Origin: a bacterium
Lineage (GTDB): Bacteria; Tectomicrobia; Entotheonellia; J063; CAVPRW01
DNA: 56,606 nt
Assembly (NCBI GenBank): GCA_046727435.1
Contig: JBKPCR010000333.1
Coordinates: forward strand, 1 to 56,606
Direction: 5' to 3'
In this document: positions 42,619 through 51,269 of the stretch, piece after piece
Layout: every line of letters begins with the position of its first letter
How positions within the stretch are numbered: the first letter of the stretch is position 1
Notes under the pieces: model-generated
The model's input: the letters and a program-made list of their open reading frames with translations, nothing else
Databases searched by the model: none
What the model was told of the DNA's origin: nothing
Made by a program: the position numbers and the translations under genes

Positions 42619-44787
42619 CTACGCACGCCAGGAGGCGGCGGGGATTTCCTTGAGATAGACGTCGCGCGGCCGGCTGCCGTCGGCTGGACCCACCACGCCT
42701 TCCCGCTCCATGATGTCGATCAAGCGTGCCGCCCGGTTATAGCCGATGCGCAAGTGGCGCTGCATGAGCGACGCCGAGGCTTGTCCCAGTCTGGCTACCA
42801 AGGCCACGGCCTCATCATACTTGGCGTCGACCACCTCGGGTTCGGTGTGGTCGTCGGGTTGGGGGGTGAACCTTGAGCCATCGTAGACCGGGCTTTGCTG
42901 CGTGCGCAAATAATCCACCACGCGTTTGATCTCGGCTTCCGACACGTAGGCGCCATGGATACGCACCAGTTGCGACGTCCCCGGCGGCAAGAAGAGCATA
43001 TCCCCCTTGCCGAGCAAACGTTCGGCGCCGATGGCATCCAAAATGGTGCGGGAATCGGTGCGCGAGGAGACCTGGAAGGAGATGCGCGCCGGGAAGTTGG
43101 CCTTAATGATGCCGGTCAACACATCCACCGACGGCCTTTGGGTCGCGACCAGCAGATGGATCCCCGATGCCCGCGCCATCTGGGCCAAACGCGTGAGCGC
43201 GTCCTCGACGTCGCGGCGGGCCACCAGCATCAGGTCAGCCAGCTCATCGATGACCACCACCAGATAGGGCAGGCGTGCGTCGGGACGCGCCTGATTATAG
43301 CCGTCAAGGCCGCGCACCCCGTGCTGGGCCAGCAGGCGATAGCGGCGCTCCATCTCTTCGACCGCCCAGTGCAGCGCCGCCGCCGCCTGTTTCGGATGGG
43401 TGACCACTGGGGCGATGAGATGCGGGATGCCGTCGTACACCGACAACTCCAGCATCTTGGGATCGATCATGATGAATTTGACTTCCTCTGGGGTGGCGTT
43501 GAGCAACAGGCTGCAAATCATGCTATTCAAGCCGACGCTCTTGCCTGAGCCCGTGGCCCCGGCGATGAGCAGATGGGGGATCTGCGCCAGGTCGGTGACC
43601 GTCGGGGTCCCCAAGATGTCTTTGCCCAAGGCCAGCACCAGCTTCGATGGGGCCTGCCGGAAGGCCGGCGACGCCACGATGTCACGCAGATAGACCGGCT
43701 GGCGATGCGGATTGGGGACCTCGATGCCTACCACCGATTTGCCCGGCACCGGAGCCACAATCCGTACCGACAGGGCCTTCATCCCCAGGGCGAGGTCATC
43801 CGCCAGGTTGACGATGCGACTCACCTTCACGCCGGACGCCGGTTCGAATTCATACATCGTCACCACCGGTCCGGGCAATACCTGCACGACGCCTCCATCC
43901 ACCCCGAAGTCATGGAGCTTGCCAGCCAAGATGGTCGCCTGCTTCGCCAGACCTCCCCCGTGGCCATGAGGCTTATCGGAGGTGGGGAGATTGAACAGCG
44001 TCAGCGCTGGCTTGTTGTAGGAGGTGACGAGAGGTTCCTCGGTGGTCGATCGCCGCAGCGGTTCGGGATGCAACGGCGGGCTGAGTGGCAAGGCTGTGCT
44101 CAGCGGCGCATCGGTGACGGTCAGGGGGTCGGCCGCGGCGCGCGTGGGTGCCACCACCACGGCGGGCGATGGCCATAACGATCGGCGGCGGCGACGCGTG
44201 GATGCACGCCGGTGCCCGCGTCGTCCCCAGAGGGGGGAGAGCAACACGGTGCCGAGCCATCGCAGCCACAAGACGCCACGGCGGCCCACGGGCAACCACG
44301 GGCGCACGACGATCAGGCCACCGAGTGCGGCCACGATAGCGCTGATCAACAGGGTGCCCCCGACGTTGCAATACGGTAGGAGCAGGGCCTCCAGCCAGCG
44401 GCCGACCATACCCCCGGCGTCGCCCATGAACGCGAGCGCCTGTGCCAGGACGATTTGCAGCAGCGGTGCGGCGCCCAGGAGGAGGAGCATGCCCCCAAGC
44501 CCCATGGCCAGCCGCTGCTGGCGCCGAGCATGGGTGTACCAGAGATGAGCCGCGTGCGCCAGCAGACCGACCACGAGAAAGGCGCCACCGCCCAGGGCAT
44601 GGATCAGCGTGCTCGCCAGCCGATGACCGACGAGTCCGCCCCAATTCGCGGCTGGCGACACATCCCCCCAAGTCGAGGCGGCGTGACTCCAGGACAGCAG
44701 ACTCAGCAGGATGAAGAGGCTCAGCCCTCCGATCACCAGGCCAAACGCCTCATCGTGAAGCAGCACTGGGCGTCGTGCAGAAGCCAC
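42619..44787 (-). CDS. ftsK: DNA translocase FtsK
   Basis: N-terminal TM helices, an Arg/Pro-rich linker, a motor domain with GATGSGKS and VVVIDELADL, and a C-terminal gamma winged helix (ASASLMQRHLRIGYNRAARLIDIME). Confidence 0.95.
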   Translation of the reverse strand: MASARRPVLLHDEAFGLVIGGLSLFILLSLLSWSHAASTWGDVSPAANWGGLVGHRLASTLIHALGGGAFLVVGLLAHAAHLWYTHARRQQRLAMGLGGMLLLLGAAPLLQIVLAQALAFMGDAGGMVGRWLEALLLPYCNVGGTLLISAIVAALGGLIVVRPWLPVGRRGVLWLRWLGTVLLSPLWGRRGHRRASTRRRRRSLWPSPAVVVAPTRAAADPLTVTDAPLSTALPLSPPLHPEPLRRSTTEEPLVTSYNKPALTLFNLPTSDKPHGHGGGLAKQATILAGKLHDFGVDGGVVQVLPGPVVTMYEFEPASGVKVSRIVNLADDLALGMKALSVRIVAPVPGKSVVGIEVPNPHRQPVYLRDIVASPAFRQAPSKLVLALGKDILGTPTVTDLAQIPHLLIAGATGSGKSVGLNSMICSLLLNATPEEVKFIMIDPKMLELSVYDGIPHLIAPVVTHPKQAAAALHWAVEEMERRYRLLAQHGVRGLDGYNQARPDARLPYLVVVIDELADLMLVARRDVEDALTRLAQMARASGIHLLVATQRPSVDVLTGIIKANFPARISFQVSSRTDSRTILDAIGAERLLGKGDMLFLPPGTSQLVRIHGAYVSEAEIKRVVDYLRTQQSPVYDGSRFTPQPDDHTEPEVVDAKYDEAVALVARLGQASASLMQRHLRIGYNRAARLIDIMEREGVVGPADGSRPRDVYLKEIPAASWRA

Positions 44788-45004
44788 CGTGACCCCTTGA
44801 GATGCGAGGTAATGCCCTCGGCAGTCGCGGCAGCGCGTAGAACCATCATCCAGTTCGAAGCCGCGTCTTCAGCGAGGGCGACCCTGACGTGTGCACCCGA
44901 TGCCCGTTGGGTCTGCCGCCGGACTGCCAGATTGCCCCGAGCGAGTGCGGCAGTCAGTGCACAGCCTCGTCGACTCACAACCGCTGCGAGCCTCACCGAG
45001 CTGC

Positions 45005-45033
45005 ATTGTGCCATAGGCGAGAAGCCTTGTCAA
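45005..45033 (-). promoter_or_regulatory. Candidate sigma70 promoter of ftsK
   Basis: On the minus strand: TTGACA (45033..45028), 17-nt spacer, CACAAT (45010..45005). Confidence 0.4.
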
Positions 45034-45071
45034 TCGCCTGTTGCGGGCAGCACTCAGGTGACGAGCCGGTT

Positions 45072-45100
45072 TTGACAGCGCCAGCCTGGCATGCTAATAT
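45072..45100 (+). promoter_or_regulatory. Candidate sigma70 promoter of the DUF151-PDZ gene
   Basis: TTGACA (45072-45077), 17-nt spacer, TAATAT (45095-45100). This is the best consensus match in the window. Confidence 0.55.
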
Positions 45101-45190
45101 CGCTGCCAATGTTGCCCATGTGTGCCCCGCCGCTAGGCGAGCGTCGGCGTTGGCTTCGAAGGGTTGTGGCGGCAAATGAGGAGAGATGTC

Positions 45191-45991
45191 ATGACAAGGC
45201 GGGGCTGGATCACCTGCGCTTTGGCCATCATCGGGGCTGGCTGGACCTTCTTCCTGGCAGCGCAGCCGGTTACGGGGACCCTGCTGGAGGTGCGCGTCCG
45301 CGGGGTCACGGTCGATCCGCAAGCCGGCTCCCCCGTCGTGCTGCTCGAGGAACTCCAGGGTGATCGCGTGCTGCCCATCTGGGTCGGTGTCTTTGAGGCG
45401 CGTGCCATCGCCATGGAAATGGACCAAGTGGCGCCGCCGCGACCGATGACCCACGACCTCATCAAGAATATCATCGAGGGGGTGAAAGCCCAGGTCACCA
45501 ACGTGGTGATCATCGACCTCAAAGACAATACCTTCTATGCGCAGATCGCCCTGCACACCGGGGCGGCAAGCCTGCAGATCGATGCCCGCCCCAGCGATGC
45601 GATCGCGCTCGCCTTGCGGGTCAAGGCCCCCATCTACGTGGCGAAAACGGTGCTCGACCGCGCCCCGGCGATCGAACGGCACGGCGACGAACCGACAGCG
45701 ATGACGGTGCTGAAACGCCATGGGTTGACGCTGCAAAATCTCACGGCCGCGCTGGCGACGCATTTTCAGCTGCCGACGCCCGACGGGGTGTTGGTCTCCG
45801 ATGTCGAAGCCGGCAGCGCGGCGGAGCGCGATGGCGTGCGTCGGGGAGACGTCATCGTGGCGGCCAACCAGGGGAAAATCGTCAACCTGCAAGCCCTCGA
45901 GTCCACCTTGAGTCGAGGGAGCGACGTGTCGCTACAGATCGTCCGGGGCGATAAGCACCTCACCGTCGTGCTCCACCGTCCAACGCCGTAG
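45191..45991 (+). CDS. Bifunctional-nuclease (DUF151/BFN) domain protein with N-terminal signal/anchor and C-terminal PDZ domain
   Basis: DUF151 core: PVVLLEE...RVLPIWVGVFEARAI...PRPMTHDL...DARPSDAIALALR. PDZ: GVLVSDVEAGSAAERDGVRRGDVIVAANQ. N-terminus: MTRRGWITCALAIIGAGWTFFLAAQ. GAGGAG lies 7 nt before ATG 45191. Confidence 0.8.
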   Translation: MTRRGWITCALAIIGAGWTFFLAAQPVTGTLLEVRVRGVTVDPQAGSPVVLLEELQGDRVLPIWVGVFEARAIAMEMDQVAPPRPMTHDLIKNIIEGVKAQVTNVVIIDLKDNTFYAQIALHTGAASLQIDARPSDAIALALRVKAPIYVAKTVLDRAPAIERHGDEPTAMTVLKRHGLTLQNLTAALATHFQLPTPDGVLVSDVEAGSAAERDGVRRGDVIVAANQGKIVNLQALESTLSRGSDVSLQIVRGDKHLTVVLHRPTP

Positions 45992-46065
45992 GCCACCGCC
46001 GTCCGGACCGTACACCTCAGCGGCGGACGCTGCGGCGCACGTGTCGTCTGGAAGGGGAGGGCGCT

Positions 46066-46593
46066 TTACATGTATTGCCGCAACAGATATTGATAGAAGG
46101 GATCCTGCAACACGGCTTTTTCGCGGTTCAGCGCCGTGACGCAGTACTCAAATTGATCTGAGAGCTTGCGGAAGAGCGTCTCTGTGGGTTTGGTACGGTC
46201 CATTTCGGCGACGATCAGATACGCCTCCTTGCCCTGGGCAATGTAATATTCTGGGCTGACCGCACGTCGTCGCCGCGTCAGGCTCTCGGGATAGAGCCCA
46301 ACGATGAACAGCGTGTAATCACCGATGTGCTTGCGGGCTTCGCGCTCATCGGCCGGCGCTTGGTCGTGCACGTCGAGCAACATGTCCACGAGGTGCTCGA
46401 GGCGTCGGCCCTGCTGATCTCGCAGCCGAAACAGGTTGTCAACATGGATGAATTCGACCAGGAGGTCGGCGACATAGCGGATGAGATCCCGGTCGCGCAG
46501 GTCAATCTGCTCAAAGCTCATCTCGGTGAGCGCGCCGAACATCTTGCGGATGGGGTGATCTGTGGGCACTTGTCGCCGTCTCTCAAGGCTCAC
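46066..46593 (-). CDS. Hypothetical protein (175 aa), no family recognised
   Basis: Protein-like composition. GTG 46593 has GAGGGGG 7 nt upstream, and a good promoter lies just upstream. Confidence 0.6.
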   Translation of the reverse strand: MSLERRRQVPTDHPIRKMFGALTEMSFEQIDLRDRDLIRYVADLLVEFIHVDNLFRLRDQQGRRLEHLVDMLLDVHDQAPADEREARKHIGDYTLFIVGLYPESLTRRRRAVSPEYYIAQGKEAYLIVAEMDRTKPTETLFRKLSDQFEYCVTALNREKAVLQDPFYQYLLRQYM

Positions 46594-46653
46594 CCTCTGG
46601 CCCCCTCACTGCGTGCCTGGGCGTTACGACGTGTGACGACCTCAGTGCCTTGC

Positions 46654-46683
46654 ATTGTACGGAGGAGCCCCGGCGCTTGTCAA
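46654..46683 (-). promoter_or_regulatory. Candidate sigma70 promoter of the 46066-46593 gene
   Basis: On the minus strand: TTGACA (46683..46678), 18-nt spacer, TACAAT (46659..46654). Confidence 0.5.
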
Positions 46684-46779
46684 CCGCAAAGTCGCGCCTG
46701 GATGGGTGGCAGCGGCGTGATGGGGAGAAGACAGCAGCGCAGGGTGGCCAGCGCGGTGGGCGGACATGTGACGGCGCGA

Positions 46780-46808
46780 TTGACAAACGCTTCCCGAGTG
46801 GCCAATAT
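46780..46808 (+). promoter_or_regulatory. Possible promoter of the aminotransferase gene
   Basis: TTGACA (46780-46785), 17-nt spacer, CAATAT (46803-46808). Confidence 0.35.
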
Positions 46809-46917
46809 GACGCCAGGCGTGCCACACGGCGCGGGGTGCGCCGGTGCCAAACGGGGGCACGACCGCGCCGAGGTGTGGTGGTCAGGACACAGGCAGGCCA
46901 GTGAGGAGGTGAGCGGC

Positions 46918-48090
46918 ATGATGACCTATGCCCAACGGATGGACCGGCTCGGGACGGAAACCGCCTTCGAGGTACTCGCCCGGGCGAAAGCCTTGGAGGC
47001 CGAGGGACGAGCGATCCTCCATTTCGAGATCGGCGAGCCGGATTTTGACACTCCAGTCCATATTAAGGAGGCCGCCATCCAGGCCCTCCATGAGGGCTAT
47101 ACCCACTATGGCCCCACCCCTGGGCTGCCCGTGCTGCGCCAGGCGATTGCCGAGGTGGTGTCGACATCGCGCGGCATCCCGGTGTCTCCGCAAGAGGTCA
47201 TCGTCACCCCCGGCGCCAAGCCGATCATGTTTTTCACGCTCTTGGCCTATGCCCAGGCCGGGGACGAGGTGATCTATCCCAACCCCAGCTTCCCGATTTA
47301 TGAGTCGATGATCAACTTCGTCGGGGCGACGCCAGTGCCCATCCCGCTTCTCGAAGGGAACGGCTTTAGCTTCGATATGGAGCGCTTTGAGGCCAGCCTG
47401 TCGCCGCGCACCAAGCTGATCATCCTCAATTCCCCGGGCAATCCGACTGGTGGGATCATCCCCGCGCCGGACTTGCACCGGATTGCGGCCGTGGCGCGGC
47501 AGCGCAACATTCGCGTGTTGTCCGATGAAATCTATGGCGGGATGCAATATGAGGGGACGGCCGCGAGTATTGCCTCGCTGCCCGGCATGCAGGACTTGAC
47601 CATCATTCTCGACGGCTTCAGTAAGTTGTACGCCATGACGGGATGGCGCTTGGGCTATGCCGTAGCCCATCGCACCGTGATCGAGCATTTCACCAAGCTG
47701 ATGGCCAACTCGGCGTCGTGCACGGCCTCTTTCGTCCAGATCGCTGGCGTCGCCGCCCTGCGCGGACCGCAGGAGCCATCACAACGCATGGTGGCGGAAT
47801 TTCGGCGTCGCCGTGAGATCATCGTCACAGGGATGAACGACATTCATGGGTTGCACTGCGCCACGCCGCCAGGCGCGTTCTATGTCTTTCCCAATATCCA
47901 GGCGCTGCAGCGGTCCAGCGCCGCAGTGGCAGCGCGCCTCCTCGACGAGGCGGGAATCGCCTGTCTGGCTGGAACAGCTTTTGGTTCATACGGCGAAGGT
48001 TATCTACGATTTTCGTATGCAAGTTCTGAAGAAAATATTCGTAATATGCTTGAAAAACTCAATAAATTTGTCGTCAATATGCTTCCATAG
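46918..48090 (+). CDS. Pyridoxal-phosphate-dependent aminotransferase, class I (aspartate/aromatic type)
   Basis: GEPDFDTP, NPSFP..Y, NSPGNPTG and the PLP-lysine motif FSKLYAMTGWRLGY. The track ORF (from 46327) runs antisense through the neighbouring gene. ATG 46918 has GAGGAGG upstream. Confidence 0.93.
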   Translation: MMTYAQRMDRLGTETAFEVLARAKALEAEGRAILHFEIGEPDFDTPVHIKEAAIQALHEGYTHYGPTPGLPVLRQAIAEVVSTSRGIPVSPQEVIVTPGAKPIMFFTLLAYAQAGDEVIYPNPSFPIYESMINFVGATPVPIPLLEGNGFSFDMERFEASLSPRTKLIILNSPGNPTGGIIPAPDLHRIAAVARQRNIRVLSDEIYGGMQYEGTAASIASLPGMQDLTIILDGFSKLYAMTGWRLGYAVAHRTVIEHFTKLMANSASCTASFVQIAGVAALRGPQEPSQRMVAEFRRRREIIVTGMNDIHGLHCATPPGAFYVFPNIQALQRSSAAVAARLLDEAGIACLAGTAFGSYGEGYLRFSYASSEENIRNMLEKLNKFVVNMLP

Positions 48091-48285
48091 ATGGGAGATC
48101 TGAGGGCGATGGGCATTCTCCTCTTGATCTGTATCGCGGTTTTCCTCCTGCTCTTTGCGGTCAATAACGAGGCCGAGGTCGTGCTGTCCAGCCCCATGGC
48201 CCTCGGCATGGTCGCCGTGATTACTGTGGCGGCGCTCTATCTGTTGCGGTCGCTGACGCGTGATTGGACACGCAAGCGCAAGTAA
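48091..48285 (+). CDS. Possible small two-TM membrane protein (64 aa)
   Basis: The ATG immediately follows the aminotransferase TAG. There are two hydrophobic helices and a basic tail (RSLTRDWTRKRK). No SD is seen, so support is weak. Confidence 0.35.
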   Translation: MGDLRAMGILLLICIAVFLLLFAVNNEAEVVLSSPMALGMVAVITVAALYLLRSLTRDWTRKRK

Positions 48286-48380
48286 GCCCGCTGACCTGGG
48301 AGACGCGAGCATACCCTGCACCGCGGCGGCATCGTCTCCAGGACCAGCGCCTTGGTGTCTCCGCCTATCCCCAGGCGTAC

Positions 48381-48409
48381 TTGACGCCCGGCGTTTGGGT
48401 TGCTATGGT
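48381..48409 (+). promoter_or_regulatory. Candidate sigma70 promoter of the REC-GGDEF gene
   Basis: TTGACG (48381-48386), 17-nt spacer, TATGGT (48404-48409). It lies inside the track ORF 48264.., which argues for the downstream start at 48540. Confidence 0.45.
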
Positions 48410-48539
48410 AGCCACAGCTCGCGCTGGTGTTGTGTCAGCTCGGCATATCCTGTCCGGGCCGGCAAAGCTGAGCCTGGGCCGCGGATGCGTATTGGCGGCC
48501 GGAGCATCACCTCGCCGTCCTGCCGTGAGAAAGAGCCAC

Positions 48540-49544
48540 ATGGCCCATGCGATCGGTCCGAGTCCGGATGCGGGCGTCTCGCCGCCGTCGTCGCTGCATG
48601 CCTTCGATCAGGCGTCCCCCGCCTCTGCCAGACTCCTCGTCGTGGATGACGAGGAAGCGGTGCGCCAGGGCATCGTCGACACCCTCCGCCACGACGGGTA
48701 TACGGTCTGTGACGCGAGCAATGGGGTAGCAGCGCTGGAGTGTTTGGAGCGCGAGTCATTTGCGCTGGTGATCACCGACATCGTCATGCCTGAGATGGAT
48801 GGCCTCAGCTTCATCAAAACCGCCGGACAGCGCGGCTACCGAACCGCCTACATCGTGATGACGGGCTATACCGCCTGGGATGTGGTCGTTGAGGCGATGA
48901 AATTGGGCGCAGCCGACTATCTCCCCAAGCCGTTTCCGGTTGAGCTGCTCCGGCTGGTGGTTGGTCGCACCCTGCACGCCCAACGGCTGGCCGAGCGCGC
49001 CCAACAGGCCGATCTCTATGAGAAGCTGGCCCACACTGATGGCCTGACAGAGCTTTATAACTATCGGTTTTTCCAGCAACTATTGGGCGTCGAGTTGAAT
49101 CGGGCACGCCGCTTCAATCGGGCCTTGTCGTTAATTATGGCCGACCTCGACCACTTCAAGGTTTACAATGATATCTACGGACACCAGGCCGGGGATCAGG
49201 CACTCCGGCAGCTCGGCGCCTTGCTGCGGCGGTCGAGCCGCAGCTATGACTTGGTAGCACGTTATGGCGGCGATGAATTCGCCCTCATCTTGCCCGAGAC
49301 CACGCAAAAGCGGGCTGGTGAGGTAGCCGAGCGCGTGCGCTTGGGGGTTGAGACCGCCACCGTTGCGGGCGACCCTCAAGGGCCCGGCGGCCATTTCACG
49401 GTCAGTCTCGGGATCGCCACCTTTCCGGAGGATGCGACGGAGCAGGGCGAGCTGATCCGCAAAGCCGATCTCGCGCTGTACCAGGCGAAGAGCTGCGGAC
49501 GCAATCGCAGCGTGCGGTATGACGAAGTGCCCCCGCACGGGTGA
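48540..49544 (+). CDS. Response-regulator diguanylate cyclase (REC + GGDEF)
   Basis: REC domain (LLVVDDEE, LVITDIVMPEMDG, LPKP). Active-site RYGGDEF with an I-site RSYD five residues upstream. The start is uncertain (48540 is preferred; 48264 and 48405 are possible). Confidence 0.88.
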   Translation: MAHAIGPSPDAGVSPPSSLHAFDQASPASARLLVVDDEEAVRQGIVDTLRHDGYTVCDASNGVAALECLERESFALVITDIVMPEMDGLSFIKTAGQRGYRTAYIVMTGYTAWDVVVEAMKLGAADYLPKPFPVELLRLVVGRTLHAQRLAERAQQADLYEKLAHTDGLTELYNYRFFQQLLGVELNRARRFNRALSLIMADLDHFKVYNDIYGHQAGDQALRQLGALLRRSSRSYDLVARYGGDEFALILPETTQKRAGEVAERVRLGVETATVAGDPQGPGGHFTVSLGIATFPEDATEQGELIRKADLALYQAKSCGRNRSVRYDEVPPHG

Positions 49545-49702
49545 CAACGCTGGCCTCAGGCCCTGAGCCGGGGCTTGGCCGGGCAGACAGCCGTGTGGCG
49601 TCCAAGCCCTGGGGACGCATGCCGACCACGACGGAGGAGACCGCATGTGCCGGAGACACCTGACGCGTCTGACCTGAGGCAGGGAGCCAGGGAAATTTCT
49701 GC

Positions 49703-49731
49703 TTGACCCTTCGAGGCTCGCTTGCTAGAAT
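49703..49731 (+). promoter_or_regulatory. Candidate sigma70 promoter of the LysM-M23 gene
   Basis: TTGACC (49703-49708), 17-nt spacer, TAGAAT (49726-49731). Confidence 0.55.
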
Positions 49732-49829
49732 CAAATTCCCCTCAATACAGCAGTGCCAGAGCCGTGTAGTCCTCACGACAACCTTCGTCTATCGCTGAAA
49801 CTGCAGAGACCAGCCGAGAGGAGGCAACG

Positions 49830-50744
49830 ATGCGGCATTGGGAACACCACCGCACCCGGTCGAAAGTGGCGTTGCTTCTACTGATCAATCTCGTGGCACT
49901 CCTGGGTGGGAAATATATGGCGCTGATCACCATCGTGAAGATCGAGTTGTTTGGCGAAGCCATGGCGTTCGCCAAAGCGCCGAAGAAGAAACTCCCAAAG
50001 CCCCACCTCAGCCGCGCGCAGCGCGGCCATTCCCCACCGCCTGGCATCACCTGGACGTTCCCCATGCGCGCCGGAGAACAGCAACGCCCACGCGAGCGCT
50101 TGCATGTGATTCGCTCCGGCGAGACGCTGTCAGAGATCGCCGCCGCCTATGGGCTCAGCGTCGACGCCCTGCGGCGAGGGAATCGCCTGCCTCCCACGGG
50201 TCATCTCATCGTCGGAGAGACGCTGCGCATTCCCGCCCCCGCGGGCACTCAAGCCATCGCCGAGTCACACCAGCCCTCCGCCTCGAGCGCCGCCGCCCTG
50301 TTGCTGGCGCTGCAGCGCCACGCTGAGCGCCCCCCCCAGGCAGCGCTCAAGACCCGCCACGGTTTCATCTGGCCCGTGGAGGGCCCGCTCACCTCGCCCT
50401 TTGGCGAGCGCGGGCCTGCGATGGGAGGAGGAGGGGCGCAATTTCATGCGGGAATCGACGTCAGTGTCCCGCCGGGGACTCCGGTGCAGGCGGCACAAGA
50501 AGGCATTGTGGCGTTTGCGGGGTACAAGGGAGCCTACGGTAAGGTGGTGAAGCTCGACCATCCACATGGCTTCTCAACCCTGTATGCCCATAACTCGCGA
50601 CTCCTCGTCTATGTCGGCCAGAGCATCGCAGCGGGTCAGGTCATCTGCCTCAGTGGCAGCAGCGGTCGCTCAACTGGCCCGCATCTGCACTTTGAGGTGC
50701 ATAAAGATGGCTGGCCGGTGGACCCTTTACCGTACCTCGAGTGA
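49830..50744 (+). CDS. LysM-domain M23 family metallopeptidase (murein DD-endopeptidase type)
   Basis: LysM: HVIRSGETLSEIAAAYGLSVDALRRGN. M23: HAGIDV...LDHPHGFSTLYAHNS...GRSTGPHLHFEV. There is an N-terminal anchor. SD GAGAGGAGG. Confidence 0.88.
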   Translation: MRHWEHHRTRSKVALLLLINLVALLGGKYMALITIVKIELFGEAMAFAKAPKKKLPKPHLSRAQRGHSPPPGITWTFPMRAGEQQRPRERLHVIRSGETLSEIAAAYGLSVDALRRGNRLPPTGHLIVGETLRIPAPAGTQAIAESHQPSASSAAALLLALQRHAERPPQAALKTRHGFIWPVEGPLTSPFGERGPAMGGGGAQFHAGIDVSVPPGTPVQAAQEGIVAFAGYKGAYGKVVKLDHPHGFSTLYAHNSRLLVYVGQSIAAGQVICLSGSSGRSTGPHLHFEVHKDGWPVDPLPYLE

Positions 50745-50804
50745 GGCCGATCCTGTATTCAAGCCTTTTGCCGACTCTCTTGGACCCCTGAACCGCACTT
50801 TCTC

Positions 50805-50833
50805 TTGACATCGCGCCAATAATTGTGTAGAAA
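50805..50833 (+). promoter_or_regulatory. Candidate sigma70 promoter of hup
   Basis: TTGACA (50805-50810), 17-nt spacer, TAGAAA (50828-50833). Confidence 0.5.
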
Positions 50834-50897
50834 GGAGCGTGAACACTGTGGTTCGGGGGCAATGCCTTCGCCAAACCCTAGGCATAAGGAGGAATCC

Positions 50898-51191
50898 ATG
50901 AACAAGGCTGAGCTGGTTTCCGCGATGGCCAAGGATGCGGGCATCACTAAAGGACAGGCGGAAAGGGCGTTGAACTGCATGCAATCCTCGGTCGTCGACG
51001 CCATCCGCAAGGGCGAGAAGGTCACCCTGGTGGGTTTTGGCACTTTCTCCTCCGTGCAACGCAAGGCGAGAACTGGGCGCAATCCGCAGACTGGCTCGGA
51101 AATTAAGATTCCGGCTAAGCGGGTGCCCAAATTTGCGCCGGGGGTTTCACTACGCGACGCGGCCTCGAAAGGGCGGGCTCGGAAGAAGTGA
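50898..51191 (+). CDS. hup: Nucleoid-associated DNA-binding protein HU
   Basis: MNKAELVSAMAKDAGITKGQAE...VTLVGFGTFSSVQRKARTGRNPQTGSEIKIPAKRVPKF. SD AAGGAGG before ATG 50898. The track ORF from 50823 is over-extended. Confidence 0.95.
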   Translation: MNKAELVSAMAKDAGITKGQAERALNCMQSSVVDAIRKGEKVTLVGFGTFSSVQRKARTGRNPQTGSEIKIPAKRVPKFAPGVSLRDAASKGRARKK

Positions 51192-51222
51192 CGAGTGACT
51201 CCTGTCGATGCAGGTGACGCAG

Positions 51223-51269
51223 GGGCAGGGCTGGGTCGCGCCTAATGCAGGTGCGACCCAGCCCTGCCC
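51223..51269 (+). terminator. 17-bp GC-rich hairpin downstream of hup (possible terminator, no U-tract)
   Basis: GGGCAGGGCTGGGTCGC (51223-51239) / GCGACCCAGCCCTGCCC (51253-51269), with a 13-nt loop. Confidence 0.35.

Noticed and set aside
45085-45100. Sigma54-type -24/-12 element suggested by TGGCATGC here, and by the reverse complement of ATTGCATGCCA at 13072-13082.
   Set aside because: The GG-to-GC spacing does not fit TGGCAC-N5-TTGCW (it is two nt short at 13072, and there is no GC at -12 at 45085). The local regulator also lacks the GAFTGA loop needed to use such promoters.
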